A stretch of DNA of 64,000 bases, taken from Flaccisagitta enflata (Eukaryota). Within the stretch, counting starts at the first letter, position 1, and every line of letters begins with the position of its first letter. The position numbers and the translations under genes were made by a program. The notes under the pieces were generated by a model. That model was not told the DNA's origin and ran no database searches. It saw only the letters and a program-made list of their open reading frames with translations. Below, in pieces: positions 51,339 to 64,000 of this stretch. Location: the NCBI GenBank assembly GCA_965153355.1, contig OZ231126.1, positions 38,130,001 to 38,194,000 of the forward strand, read 5' to 3'.

Positions 51339-51772
51339 ATGCGCATATATGCGTGTACGTGCGTGCATGTGTGTGTGTGTGTGTTTGTTTGTCAGGCAGT
51401 CTTTGTGTTAGTGTGTCTGTCTGTCTATCTGTGTCTTCGTAACTTTGGGGGGGGGGGGAGATGTAAGACAGAGAGTGCGGAAATATGGAGACAAAGAGAA
51501 AATGCGTAGCAGTTGAAACAAATCTCGATTGTGGGAAAATTGTACAGCCAAACGCATTTAAAAGGATGACGTGCATCGAGGCCATCTAGTTCAAACGCAG
51601 ACAAAAAGTGAAATAAAAAGAGAAAAACAAAAGAAAAATAAAAGAAACATGAACTGGAAAGAAAAGAAAAGGCTAGAAGATCTTTTGAAGTCTTCCCTCC
51701 TAATTTGGATAAGGGAAAAAACTCGGGGACCTCCAAGGAGAACGTGAGAGAAGACCAATTATGAACGAGCCG

Positions 51773-51825
<53 letters not shown>

Positions 51826-52560
51826 GGAGGGGGGAGGGTTCCAGAGGAAGATCTTTTATGCTGGACAGATAACAAAACAATGGCATTGTTTGAAAGAAAA
51901 GAAACGGACCGACTTTCAACTCGATTACAAACCGATGAAAAAAGCTGCCAAAAAGGCGAATCCATTATCTCGTCTTTTTGTCACAAAATGTATTTGTTTC
52001 TGTGGCAGTGGTGGGCGAAGTTCGGGGGTGGGGTAGTATAAAATGCGCAGGATTTGTGAGAAAAATGGAATTGATTTCTACCCTTGTTAGCCTGGGAACA
52101 CGTTTTAAAAGTTAGAGAATTCACATCGATGGCGCTGAAGTCCGATTCTGAAGTCGGATGATAAAAATAAGGCCAAGCTGGCCAACACGTGCTCCTTATG
52201 GCCTGATGGCCGAAAGTTTTCGTGACCGACCGACCAACGCATTCAACGGCCGACTAAAAGGGAGACGTCTTTTCGACGTGCTTTGGTGCACGAAATATAG
52301 TACAAACTTTCATGACATGGCAACCCAAAAGTGGTATAAAAGTTTCATAAGGCAGAACAGCCAATAGTTTTATTCAACATCAACTAGTTTTAGTTAACCT
52401 GGATTCTCTAGCTTGATCCAAAACGATTCAATAACACTTGTCATGTCCACTGATCCTGTTGCACTTTTTAGTTTTTACTTGTGTCATATGATTTCAAAAA
52501 TTAATTCTCACTTAAATGTTTGTTCCCCTGAAAAAAAGTCAATGCGTTTGATACACAGGA

Positions 52561-55500
52561 TGCACCGAAGGCCAAACAAAAACTTGATGTAGCAGCATGT
52601 ATGTTATCACTTAAAACAACCTGTAACGAAACAAATTTTGAGTAACAAGGCTCAAAAATGGTTGAGAAGCACCACTTTACACTCAATTTTGACAAATTAA
52701 GGCCAATGCCATGAAAAACAAAGGCAGTTGGGCAAAATAAGAATTTTTTACTGAAAAATAAGGACCGAAATTGGGGTTTTTCAACTTGAGTGACAGTATA
52801 AAAGTAACCTAAATTAGTACCAAATTGATATTCCAGTCCAATCTCCTTGTACAGGGTGTATCATGCCAAATTAGATATAAGAAAACGATGGCATTCTGCT
52901 TCTAAAAATGCAAAAATAATTTTGAAAGAAGATTCAAAGAGCATATGAGCTCCGGTTTTTTGTGTAAAAATTTCATGGGTCTGGGTCAAATGTTGTAGCC
53001 ACAATATCAATTTGAAATAAACTGAGCATTTAAAGGAGAAGCACTTTGAACATGATTTTGATTCTGAAAGTTTTTTTTTTTAATTGCTCTCATTTCTAAA
53101 CGACTTAAGTTACAGATGCCAGATTGGTCCCAAATTAAAGCTTATCAAATCTTCTTTAATTTGAGACCAATCTGGCAAATGTGGCTCAAGCCGTTTAGAA
53201 ATGAGAGCAATTCAAAGAAAAGCTTTCAGCATCACAATCATATCCAAAAAGCTTCTCCTCTAAATGCTCAGTTCACTTCAAATTAATGTTGTGGCTAGAA
53301 TATTTGACCCACACTCATAAATTTTTTACACAAAAAACCGGAGCTTGTATGCTCTTTGAATCTTTTTTTCAGATCTATTTTTGCACTTTTAGAAGCAGAA
53401 TGCCATCGTTTTCTTATATCTAATTTGGCATGATACACCCTGTATCTGCCATAACAGGAACACTACCCTCCATCAACCATACAAGAACGAAACAGTTTGA
53501 CCCAGCCTAAAAATCACAAGTTCACTTTTTATTGTCTTTGCCACTCTAAAATGCATATTTTCGCTGTCCTGTACCTCTATCTATGCGCTCCATAAGAATC
53601 ACAAAACTTACACTAGAGACTCTAACTATGGCTCGAATTTGTTCACACGTTTATTATCTAGCATTAGGAACATGTTTTGCCCACTCGCCCCACTTTTAGA
53701 AAACAAAAATCCATGTCTGGGTGTACCTTCAGAGGCGCGCGTGACAAGCCTGGCAGATTGACCTTCTCTTCGGCCTTATTAGAGAAATTTTATTTTCTAA
53801 AAATTGGAATGTGGGTAAAAACTGTTGATTGAGGCATGAAATAGCTTCATAAGAGTGACTTGAGTGCCTAAGTAAAAAAATTCGGGATATATAATCAGTT
53901 ATATACCCATTTTTAAGGCTTTAAAATGCCTCTTTACGAGCCAAAAATTGCTCAATTTGCCCCCTTCAATCTATCAACCTTTTAAAGGGGTTTTCATGAT
54001 GAATGTTGCCAGAAAATGGCAAATACTGTCTTAGAACATAGTATTTTGATAATTTAGATTGAAAATCATCCAAAAAGTACAGTTTTTGAATTTTGGATTC
54101 ACTGCAGTTTCCTTATAAGGGTGCACCGAAGGCCAAACAAAAACTTGATGTAGCAGCATGTATGTTATCACTTAAAACACCCTGTAAAGAAACAAATTTT
54201 GAGTAACAAGGCTCAAAAATGGTTGAGAAGCACCACTTTACACTCAATTTTGACAAATTAAGGCCAATGCCATGAAAAACAAAGGCAGTTGGGCAAAATA
54301 AGAATTGTTTACTGAAAAATAAGGACCGAAATTGGGGTTTTTCAACTTGAGTGACAGTATAAAAGTAACCTAAATTAGTACCAAATTGATATTCCAGTCC
54401 AATCTCCTTGTATCTGCCATAACAGGAACACCACCCTCCATCAACCATACAAGAACGAAACAGTTTGACCCAGCCTAAAAATCACAAGTTCACTTTTTAT
54501 TGTCTTTGCCACTCTAAAATGCATATTTTCGCTGTCCTGTTCCTCTATCTATGCGCTCCATAAAAATCACAAAACTTACACTAGAGACTCTAACTATGGC
54601 TCGAATTTGTTCACACGTTTATTATCTAGCATTAGGAACATGTTTTGCCCACTCGCCCCACTTTTAGAAAACAAAAATCCATGTCTGGGTGTACCTTCAG
54701 AGGCGCGCGTGACAAGCCTGGCAGATTGACCTTCTCTTCGGCCTTATTAGAGAAATTTTATTTTCTAAAAATTGGAATGTGGGTAAAAACTGTTGATTGA
54801 GGCATGAAATAGCTTCATAAGAGTGACTTGAGTGCCTAAGTAAAAAAATTCGGGATATATAATCAGTTATATACCCATTTTTAAGGCTTTAAAATGCCTC
54901 TTTACGAGCCAAAAATTGCTCAATTTGCCCCCTTCAATCTATCAACCTTTTAAAGGGGTTTTCATGATGAATGTTGCCAGAAAATGGCAAATACTGTCTT
55001 AGAACATAGTATTTTGATAATTTAGATTGAAAATCATCCAAAAAGTACAGTTTTTGAATTTTGGATTCACTGCAGTTTCCTTATAAGGGTGCACCGAAGG
55101 CCAAACAAAAACTTGATGTAGCAGCATGTATGTTATCACTTAAAACACCCTGTAAAGAAACAAATTTTGAGTAACAAGGCTCAAAAATGGTTGAGAAGCA
55201 CCACTTTACACTCAATTTTGACAAATTAAGGCCAATGCCATGAAAAACAAAGGCAGTTGGGCAAAATAAGAATTTTTTACTGAAAAATAAGGACCGAAAT
55301 TGGGGTTTTTCAACTTGAGTGACAGTATAAAAGTAACCTAAATTAGTACCAAATTGATATTCCAGTCCAATCTCCTTGTATCTGCCATAACAGGAACACC
55401 ACCCTCCATCAACCATACAAGAACGAAACAGTTTGACCCAGCCTAAAAATCACAAGTTCACTTTTTATTGTCTTTGCCACTCTAAAATGCATATTTTCGC

Positions 55501-58500
55501 TGTCCTGTACCTCTATCTATGCGCTCCATAAAAATCACAAAACTTACACTAGAGACTCTAACTATGGCTCGAATTTGTTCACACGTTTATTATCTAGCAT
55601 TAGGAACATGTTTTGCCCACTCGCCCCACTTTTAGAAAACAAAAATCCATGTCTGGGTGTACCTTCAGAGGCGCGCGTGACAAGCCTGGCAGATTGACCT
55701 TCTCTTCGGCCTTATTAGAGAAATTTTATTTTCTAAAAATTGGAATGTGGGTAAAAACTGTTGATTGAGGCATGAAATAGCTTCATAAGAGTGACTTGAG
55801 TGCCTAAGTAAAAAAATTCGGGATATATAATCAGTTATATACCCATTTTTAAGGCTTTAAAATGCCTCTTTACGAGCCAAAAATTGCTCAATTTGCCCCC
55901 TTCAATCTATCAACCTTTTAAAGGGGTTTTCATGATGAATGTTGCCAGAAAATGGCAAATACTGTCTTAGAACATAGTATTTTGATAATTTAGATTGAAA
56001 ATCATCCAAAAAGTACAGTTTTTGAATTTTGGATTCACTGCAGTTTCCTTATAAGGGTGCACCGAAGGCCAAACAAAAACTTGATGTAGCAGCATGTATG
56101 TTATCACTTAAAACACCCTGTAAAGAAACAAATTTTGAGTAACAAGGCTCAAAAATGGTTGAGAAGCACCACTTTACACTCAATTTTGACAAATTAAGGC
56201 CAATGCCATGAAAAACAAAGGCAGTTGGGCAAAATAAGAATTTTTTACTGAAAAATAAGGACCGAAATTGGGGTTTTTCAACTTGAGTGACAGTATAAAA
56301 GTAACCTAAATTAGTACCAAATTGATATTCCAGTCCAATCTCCTTGTATCTGCCATAACAGGAACACCACCCTCCATCAACCATACAAGAACGAAACAGT
56401 TTGACCCAGCCTAAAAATCACAAGTTCACTTTTTATTGTCTTTGCCACTCTAAAATGCATATTTTCGCTGTCCTGTACCTCTATCTATGCGCTCCATAAA
56501 AATCACAAAACTTACACTAGAGACTCTAACTATGGCTCGAATTTGTTCACACGTTTATTATCTAGCATTAGGAACATGTTTTGCCCACTCGCCCCACTTT
56601 TAGAAAACAAAAATCCATGTCTGGGTGTACCTTCAGAGGCGCGCGTGACAAGCCTGGCAGATTGACCTTCTCTTCGGCCTTATTAGAGAAATTTTATTTT
56701 CTAAAAATTGGAATGTGGGTAAAAACTGTTGATTGAGGCATGAAATAGCTTCATAAGAGTGACTTGAGTGCCTAAGTAAAAAAATTCGGGATATATAATC
56801 AGTTATATACCCATTTTTAAGGCTTTAAAATGCCTCTTTACGAGCCAAAAATTGCTCAATTTGCCCCCTTCAATCTATCAACCTTTTAAAGGGGTTTTCA
56901 TGATGAATGTTGCCAGAAAATGGCAAATACTGTCTTAGAACATAGTATTTTGATAATTTAGATTGAAAATCATCCAAAAAGTACAGTTTTAGAATTTTGG
57001 ATTCACTGCAGTTTCCTTATAAGGGTGCACCGAAGGCCAAACAAAAACTTGATGTAGCAGCATGTATGTTATCACTTAAAACACCCTGTAAAGAAACAAA
57101 TTTTGAGTAACAAGGCTCAAAAATGGTTGAGAAGCACCACTTTACATTAAAGTTTGAGAAATTAGGGCCAATGACATGAAGAACAAAGGCAGTTGGGCAA
57201 AATAAGAACTTTTAGCTAGAAAAAAGGGACCAAAATTGGGGTTTTTCAACTTGAGTGACAGTACAAAAGTAACCTAAATTAGTACCAAATTGATATTCCA
57301 GTCCAATCTCCTTGTATCTGCCATAACAGGAACACCACCCTCCATCAACCATACAAGAACGAAACAGTTTGACCCAGCCTAAAAATCACAAGTTCACTTT
57401 TTATTGTCTTTGCCACTCTAAAATGCATATTTTCGCTGTCCTGTACCTCTATCTATGCGCTCCATAAAAATCACAAAACTTACACTAGAGACTCTAACTA
57501 TGGCTCGAATTTGTTCACACGTTTATTATCTAGCATTAGGAACATGTTTTGCCCACTCGCCCCACTTTTAGAAAACAAAAATCCATGTCTGGGTGTACCT
57601 TCAGAGGCGCGCGTGACAAGCCTGGCAGATTGACCTTCTCTTCGGCCTTATTAGAGAAATTTTATTTTCTAAAAATTGGAATGTGGGTAAAAACTGTTGA
57701 TTGAGGCATGAAATAGCTTCATAAGAGTGACTTGAGTGCCTAAGTAAAAAAATTCGGGATATATAATCAGTTATATACCCATTTTTAAGGCTTTAAAATG
57801 CCTCTTTACGAGCCAAAAATTGCTCAATTTGCCCCCTTCAATCTATCAACCTTTTAAAGGGGTTTTCATGATGAATGTTGCCAGAAAATGGCAAATACTG
57901 TCTTAGAACATAGTATTTTGATAATTTAGATTGAAAATCATCCAAAAAGTACAGTTTTTGAATTTTGGATTCACTGCAGTTTCCTTATAAGGGTGCACCG
58001 AAGGCCAAACAAAAACTTGATGTAGCAGCATGTATGTTATCACTTAAAACACCCTGTAAAGAAACAAATTTTGAGTAACAAGGCTCAAAAATGGTTGAGA
58101 AGCACCACTTTACACTCAATTTTGACAAATTAAGGCCAATGCCATGAAAAACAAAGGCAGTTGGGCAAAATAAGAATTTTTTACTGAAAAATAAGGACCG
58201 AAAATGGGGTTTTTCAACTTGAGTGACAGTATAAAAGTAACCTAAATTAGTACCAAATTGATATTCCAGTCCAATCTCCTTGTATCTGCCATAACAGGAA
58301 CACCACCCTCCATCAACCATACAAGAACGAAACAGTTTGACCCAGCCTAAAAATCACAAGCTCACTTTTTATTGTCTTTGCCACTCTAAAATGCATATTT
58401 TCGCTGTCCTGTACCTCTATCTATGCGCTCCATAAAAATCACAAAACTTACACTAGAGACTCTAACTATGGCTCGAATTTGTTCACACGTTTATTATCTA

Positions 58501-58615
58501 GCATTAGGAACATGTTTTGCCCACTCGCCCCACTTTTAGAAAACAAAAATCCATGTCTGGGTGTACCTTCAGAGGCGCGCGTGACAAGCCTGGCAGATTG
58601 ACCTTCTCTTCGGCC
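52561..58615. repeat. 968-bp tandem array (5 full units + 622-bp partial unit)
   Basis: Unit starts (tgcaccgaaggcc) at 52561, 54122, 55090, 56058, 57026 and 57994. Spacing is 968 except for the first unit, which is 593 bp longer because of a MITE. Units are nearly identical. Confidence 0.97.
52852..53442. mobile_element. 591-bp palindromic Tc1/mariner-type MITE inserted in unit 1 of the array
   Basis: ctccttgTA|cagggtgtatcatgccaaattag ... ctaatttggcatgatacaccctg|TAtctgcc. The other units show the empty site ctccttgTAtctgcc. Confidence 0.95.
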
Positions 58616-59562
58616 CACAGTGATCATCGCAGGAACTGGGTCTTTAAATCGAAATGCTAAACATTTCCTTATCTCAATGATGTATACGTGAACTATGGTA
58701 AACACGTATGAGTTCGTCAGTGCGACAGCGTATGCTTCAGAAGTTATTAACGATAACAAGGCCAGTAAGGCGCGCCGTGTGGATCTTCGAACCGACCAAC
58801 AGACGGACACAGCCGATTATAAAGGAGCTTTGGCGCACCTAAAAATGACAATAACGCCGATACAAAAATGAGCAAACGTCACTCCAAAATACAGACGAAC
58901 TGACGAATGTTCTCATCAAGAGAAGATCGGGCTTCCTTTTCGGACGCGGCCGAAGGCGGAAAAAGACGCGACATCAAAAGTCACGCAATCGCACACACAA
59001 AAAAAGGCTCACATAACAGTCAGTGGACAAACACAATAGGTGGATAACTTGTATCATTGATTTCAATCTAACCCACTGTTAATAAGCATAATGTTGTTTA
59101 TAATCACTGGTTGTTAAAATCACAGCCGGCTATACAATATTACTCAAAATCTAATTTTTATACATCTTTTATCCACCTATTGTGTTTTGTCCACTGACTG
59201 ATTAATGGTCATAGAAATCATGAAATGTCTCGACGATCTCAGACAACAACAGATGAGGGGAAAACTGTCAAGTTAGACTGATATTATTTTTCAGCCGAAA
59301 AAAAAACATAACAATACATCAAGGACATATCATCACGAAAAAAGCTTTTGCAAGTTTTGCATGTTTGACTGCTACTGATTTTGAGATGAGATTGAGATAA
59401 GCTGAGGAATTAAGGGTATAGGAAATCGTTTCCCAGACAAAAAGGGACATGTTGTTATCACAATGTCAACAAGATGTAAACAAATCAACCGTTAGAACAC
59501 AGAAGCCTTCTCTGAGCCCTTTCAAAATGAAAGAATTCAAACTTCTCCACTAGGTCTAGAAA

Positions 59563-59866
59563 GGGCTCAATTTGGGCATTCAAATGAAACACAATTTTCA
59601 AGCAGTTTTCATGTTCCTTCCATCTCAAGAGTCCATCCTTTTTGGATAATTGATTAGGACTTGATCCAGACACTACGCTGTAGTTTTATAGAATTGATTG
59701 CTGGATGTATGAGAAAAATTTCTCCCCTATACAACTTCAGCATTGATGATGTGGTGCCTAGATCAAGTCCAAATCAATTTTCCAATGAAGTTGGGCTCTT
59801 AATATGCAAATGGAACAGGAAAAATGCTTGGAAATAATGTTTCGTTCAAACACCCGAATTGAGCCC
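59563..59866. mobile_element. Degenerate foldback element
   Basis: gggctcaatttggg / cccgaattgagccc and aattgattaggacttgatc / gatcaagtccaaatcaatt form inverted pairs. Confidence 0.6.
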
Positions 59867-61960
59867 ACTCTATTCTCCACATGACTTGAAATCATGTTTC
59901 ACCATCCCAACTCATCGGGGCGTGGACTGTCGCGGTCGGACAAACAGACAGACTGACAAATGATCAGACAGACAGACGGACATATAATATACTGTTATTT
60001 GGAAAAAAAGTCGAAGAAACGAAGTACCTTCGGCTTTTTGAGACCTGCAGAACTTTTTGGATATCCTTTTTCTCATGAGGCGTTTGGGAAAGTTGATGCT
60101 TTTTTCGAGCCGAATGAGCCTACTCATGAAACTAGCAGCTGAGAAAGAGCTAATTATTCTCCTTTAGATAGCGCCAAGCAGAATTCTGTGCAACCAATAG
60201 TTTTCGCGTTTTGATTTTACTTTTATTGGTAGGATGATAGTGCAAGCATAAGCCTGTTTTTGCGTTTGTCTTCAAGTATCCCGGAGGCGTTGTTTTTTTT
60301 TCTTCCTTTTTTTACCGTCAGGCCGTCAAAAAGTCAAATCAAAACTCAAACAATTACTTTTTTCTACTCACTCCAATCTTAGAGCCTCCTCATAAATAAG
60401 TCACTAAAATTTTTCCACGATGAAACCTTTTATGGTCTCTGACAGATTAATGGCCTTTTTCTTGAAAAGTTTTGCCAATCGGAATGTAGACAGTCAGTGG
60501 GCAAACGTGTTCAAATTAAGTTCATTCTACTCATGGACCTCGTCATTTACCATATAATTTTAGAGTGAACGAGTTTCCACTTCTTGCGCCAACTTAAGTG
60601 TTTTAAAGCACAGTTACACACCGTTAAAACGGATCCGAGAGAAATGGAAATCCGCCTGTAATGGATTTGAAATCTTGGTTCCTTTTCCTTAAATTTTAGT
60701 TGCAGACACGCATAAGAGGCGTTTTCTATCTGTCGGTTTGTCACACACAAGTTGAAAACGCAAAAAAACGCGTATTTTGGATGCTGCAGTTAGTATTGTT
60801 TGTGTGTTTGTTGGAGGGGGGTTGAAGGTGTAGTTTGGATGAGGCTGGGGGTTGGATGCCCCTGCCCCCCATATTGTGACCCAGCATTATTTTTAGTCGC
60901 GTGCACGCGACTCTACAACCCGCTTTGTCCGTCCGTTGGTCCGTTGGTCCGTTGGTCCGTTGGTCCGTTGGTCCGTCCGTCCGTCGGTCCGTCACACTTT
61001 ACTTTTTTATCATACTTTAGGTTATTTCTAGTCATTCAAAGTCATTTTAGGTCATTATAAGTCATTGTAAGTCATTCTAAGTCATTCTAAGTCCTTCTAA
61101 ATCATTCTAAGTTATTTTTAGTCACTTAAGTCAAAAAGGTCAAAGTAGTCATTTCAGTTATTTTAGGTCTTTTTGAGTCATTTAAAGTTGTCTTGAGTCA
61201 TTTTAAGTCATCTTGAGTCAATAAAGGCAAGTTATTTATGTCTCGCACGCAACTTATAGGTGTTGGCCTTGTTTTTTCTTACACTAGTTAAAATAAATCT
61301 ACTTTTAACTAATAAAATTTCTCAGACCTTCAATATCCATTATTGCTAGGTTTAACTGTATTTGACTTATACCACTGACCCCACCCGTTTATAATGTAAA
61401 GGTTCATCAGCATAACATGAAAATGCCATTATTTTCCTTCCACGACTATTCTACGTTTTTAGTCGCTGCGTAGCGACTCTATAAGAGGGTGTGTCCCTTG
61501 GTCGGTTTGTCTGTCTGTATGAAATAGGAAAATTTGATGACGCGAAATCGACTGAAAAACGGATTTCTGACCATCGCAGCTCCTGCCTGGCGTCAATACA
61601 GCCCCCGCCCACTCACATACTGCCCCTGCCCACCCGCATTACTGCCCCTGCCCACCAGCAGCGACTATGGATTGGCCGTGTATCCGGCCTTGTTAAGATG
61701 GATCTGTTTGTTAAAACGAGAATTATGTTCTCAAGAGTCTTATATATACTGTCATGAACTTAAATAATTTGACAACGGAAAGAGAAGAAAAAACAAAGAA
61801 GCTCCTCAGCGAACATCAATGAACAAGACCGAGCACAAGTTCAGTCGCTTGAGGTTGGGCAGGGACAGCGAAGCCTAAAAAAGCGTTTCAACCCTCCCTC
61901 TCCATACGTAACCAACAGAATATACCTGCCAAACGACGGACGAACAGCGGTCAAATATAA

Positions 61961-63012
61961 ATATCCGCTGGACCAAAAGCTAAATTTTTAGAGTTTCAAA
62001 AAAAAAAAAGTAACCGTCGCCAATTTTTTGCATACTAGTCCTAAAAACCATGTAGATTAAGATTATCTACTTCATTTTTCTCAATTATAAGCCGAAAAAA
62101 TTAAACACACTTTTTTTTGCTAAAAATGGAAGTTTTTTGCTCAAAAACGCTTAATTTTTAAATTATGAAATAAGAATATGCCCTTCTTAAGATACAAAAT
62201 CATCCACTGAACATTTGTGAGGAATTTCGTAAAATTCTGTTGACGTTAAGACGCTTAAATTGCATGTTAAAACTTAGAAATTTGAAAAAATAAGCCTTCA
62301 TGAAATAAAAATCCCCAAAAGACATCAAGAAATGTTAGATCTTATGAAAATATACCTTCCTACCAAATTTCATGCTTATATGATGATTATAGGCTTAATA
62401 ATAACCAAAAAAACAATTTACGACAATGTGCAAATGTGCTTTTTGGGCGAAAATAGCTAAAATCTCACTAAATTAGCTCATCAATTGCAATTATGTTGGT
62501 TTTTCATAGTGCAATCAATTTAAAACAAAGAAAGCCTTGTAAGTTAAATTTTAGCGATTTTTGCCTAAAAGCTCATTTGCATATTGTTGTAAATTGATTT
62601 TTCGGTTATCACTCAGCCGATATTTATCATATGACTATGAAGTTTGGTAGAAAGGTATATTCTTATAAGATCCAACATTTTTTTATGTCTTTTAGTGATT
62701 GTTTCGTCATTAAGGTTTAATTTTTAAAGATTTTAAATTTTATAATGCATTGCAAGCGTCTCAACGTCAACGGAATTTCGCGAAATTTCTCTGAAATGTT
62801 CAACAAATGAAATTCTATCTTAAGAAGGGCATATTCTTTCTTCATAATCAAAAAACTGCCATTTTTGGCAAAAAAAAGTGTGTCTAATTTTTTCGGCTCG
62901 CAATCGGGAAAAATGAAGTTGATTTTCTTAATCTACAGCTTTTTTAGGACTAGTGTGCAAAAAATTGGAGACGGTTTTTTTTATTTTTCAAAGGGTTTTG
63001 GTCTACCAGATA
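61961..63012. mobile_element. ~1.05-kb foldback element
   Basis: accgtcgccaattttttgcatactagtcctaaaaa / tttttaggactagtgtgcaaaaaattggagacggt and many further inverted matches converge at about 62500. Confidence 0.8.
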
Positions 63013-63398
63013 TTTGACCGACAGACAGTCTTTCCGAGTGTAAAGTCATCTATATCAAACTCAAAAATGGTGCAAGAACTCCTTAGAAAGGGGTGGTGAT
63101 CATTTCCACGGTGCGTCTATTTTGAGCATTCAAATTTTCATAAACGCATCTGCGAGATATGGCATTATTTGCGAATAATCAATGTAGAATAGAAACTAGG
63201 GTCGGTGAAACTCAATTTGATCGAAACGAGAGGCGAGATGGATGGTCACATGACAAGCCTCAATGATTTAAGGGGTGTTTCGTTTGGGGTTGAAACTCTT
63301 CAACTCTAATGTAAACAACCAATGACACTGGAAACCAAGTCGACTTGCGGGGGTCGAGTGTAAGAAGTAGGGTGCCGGGGGTTCTCAATAAGGAAAAC

Positions 63399-63455
<57 letters not shown>

Positions 63456-64000
63456 CACAGACAAACAGACAGAAACGAAATCAGAGAAAGACAGAAGAAA
63501 TAGACGAATCAGACATACAGAGTTACAGACTGAATGAACGTTGAAAAACTGAATAGATTCAACAAAATTATAGACAATGGGATAGACAGACAAACCGATC
63601 GAAAGACAGTTACAGACCGACGGAGCTGAGCAAGAAAGAAAAGATATCAGGAGATAGATGATTCCTTTGTCGTCCTCCGGGGACGTGAAGTGTTGGCGTA
63701 GGAAAAGGAACAACAAAATCGAGTGAATTAAACGCAGATGGTTAAAAAGCCTACTCTTTTGATTATATCCGTATTAAAACCGTCAGCTCATGATCACGTT
63801 CTCAGATGCATCCTCGCCTGTCTGTAAGCGAGCATTTTCACCATGGTAGGTTTTTAGTCGCTGGCTAAGCGACTCTACACAAAAGGGTGTGCAAAAAAAT
63901 TGGTATTTACATATCGTCATAAAAACAATACTTCTAGATGGCCCAATGAGATGAAAGTTGAAATACAATCTTACTATTGGTTCTAATGAATGCTAATGTG

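Noticed and set aside
54113-58320. Repeated 111-aa ORF (MVDGGWCSCY...) as a tandem gene family
   Set aside because: It is a by-product of the 968-bp repeat. It has no recognisable domain or splice structure and is broken in units 1 and 5.

Overview
This is eukaryotic DNA, most likely from an invertebrate animal (taxon not determinable from the window). It is AT-rich and saturated with microsatellites and non-autonomous DNA transposons. Two protein-coding genes are well supported, both on the minus strand. (1) An intronless 781-aa protein made almost entirely of 24 C2H2 zinc fingers (14020-16365). (2) A six-exon 2'-5'-oligoadenylate synthetase (OAS)-family nucleotidyltransferase (30240-39322, 533 aa), which the ORF track shows only as disconnected pieces and which I assembled by hand from GT-AG junctions with matching phases. 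The OAS protein keeps the D-x-D...D catalytic triad. It is unusual in having a GG rather than GS loop, a Gly/Arg/Pro-rich insertion, an unrecognised ~190-aa C-terminal extension, and a competing splice donor that would give a core-only 336-aa isoform. Its candidate promoter has a TATA box and helically phased TGACGTGG sites. The rest of the window comprises Helentron/DINE-1-like interspersed elements, MITEs and long foldback elements with readable TIRs and TSDs, and a 968-bp tandem array (52561-58615). That array is bracketed by CAC-type termini, has a TA-flanked MITE in its first copy, and carries a ~120-bp divergent tract in its fifth. Nearly all other ORFs in the track are translations of microsatellites or repeats.
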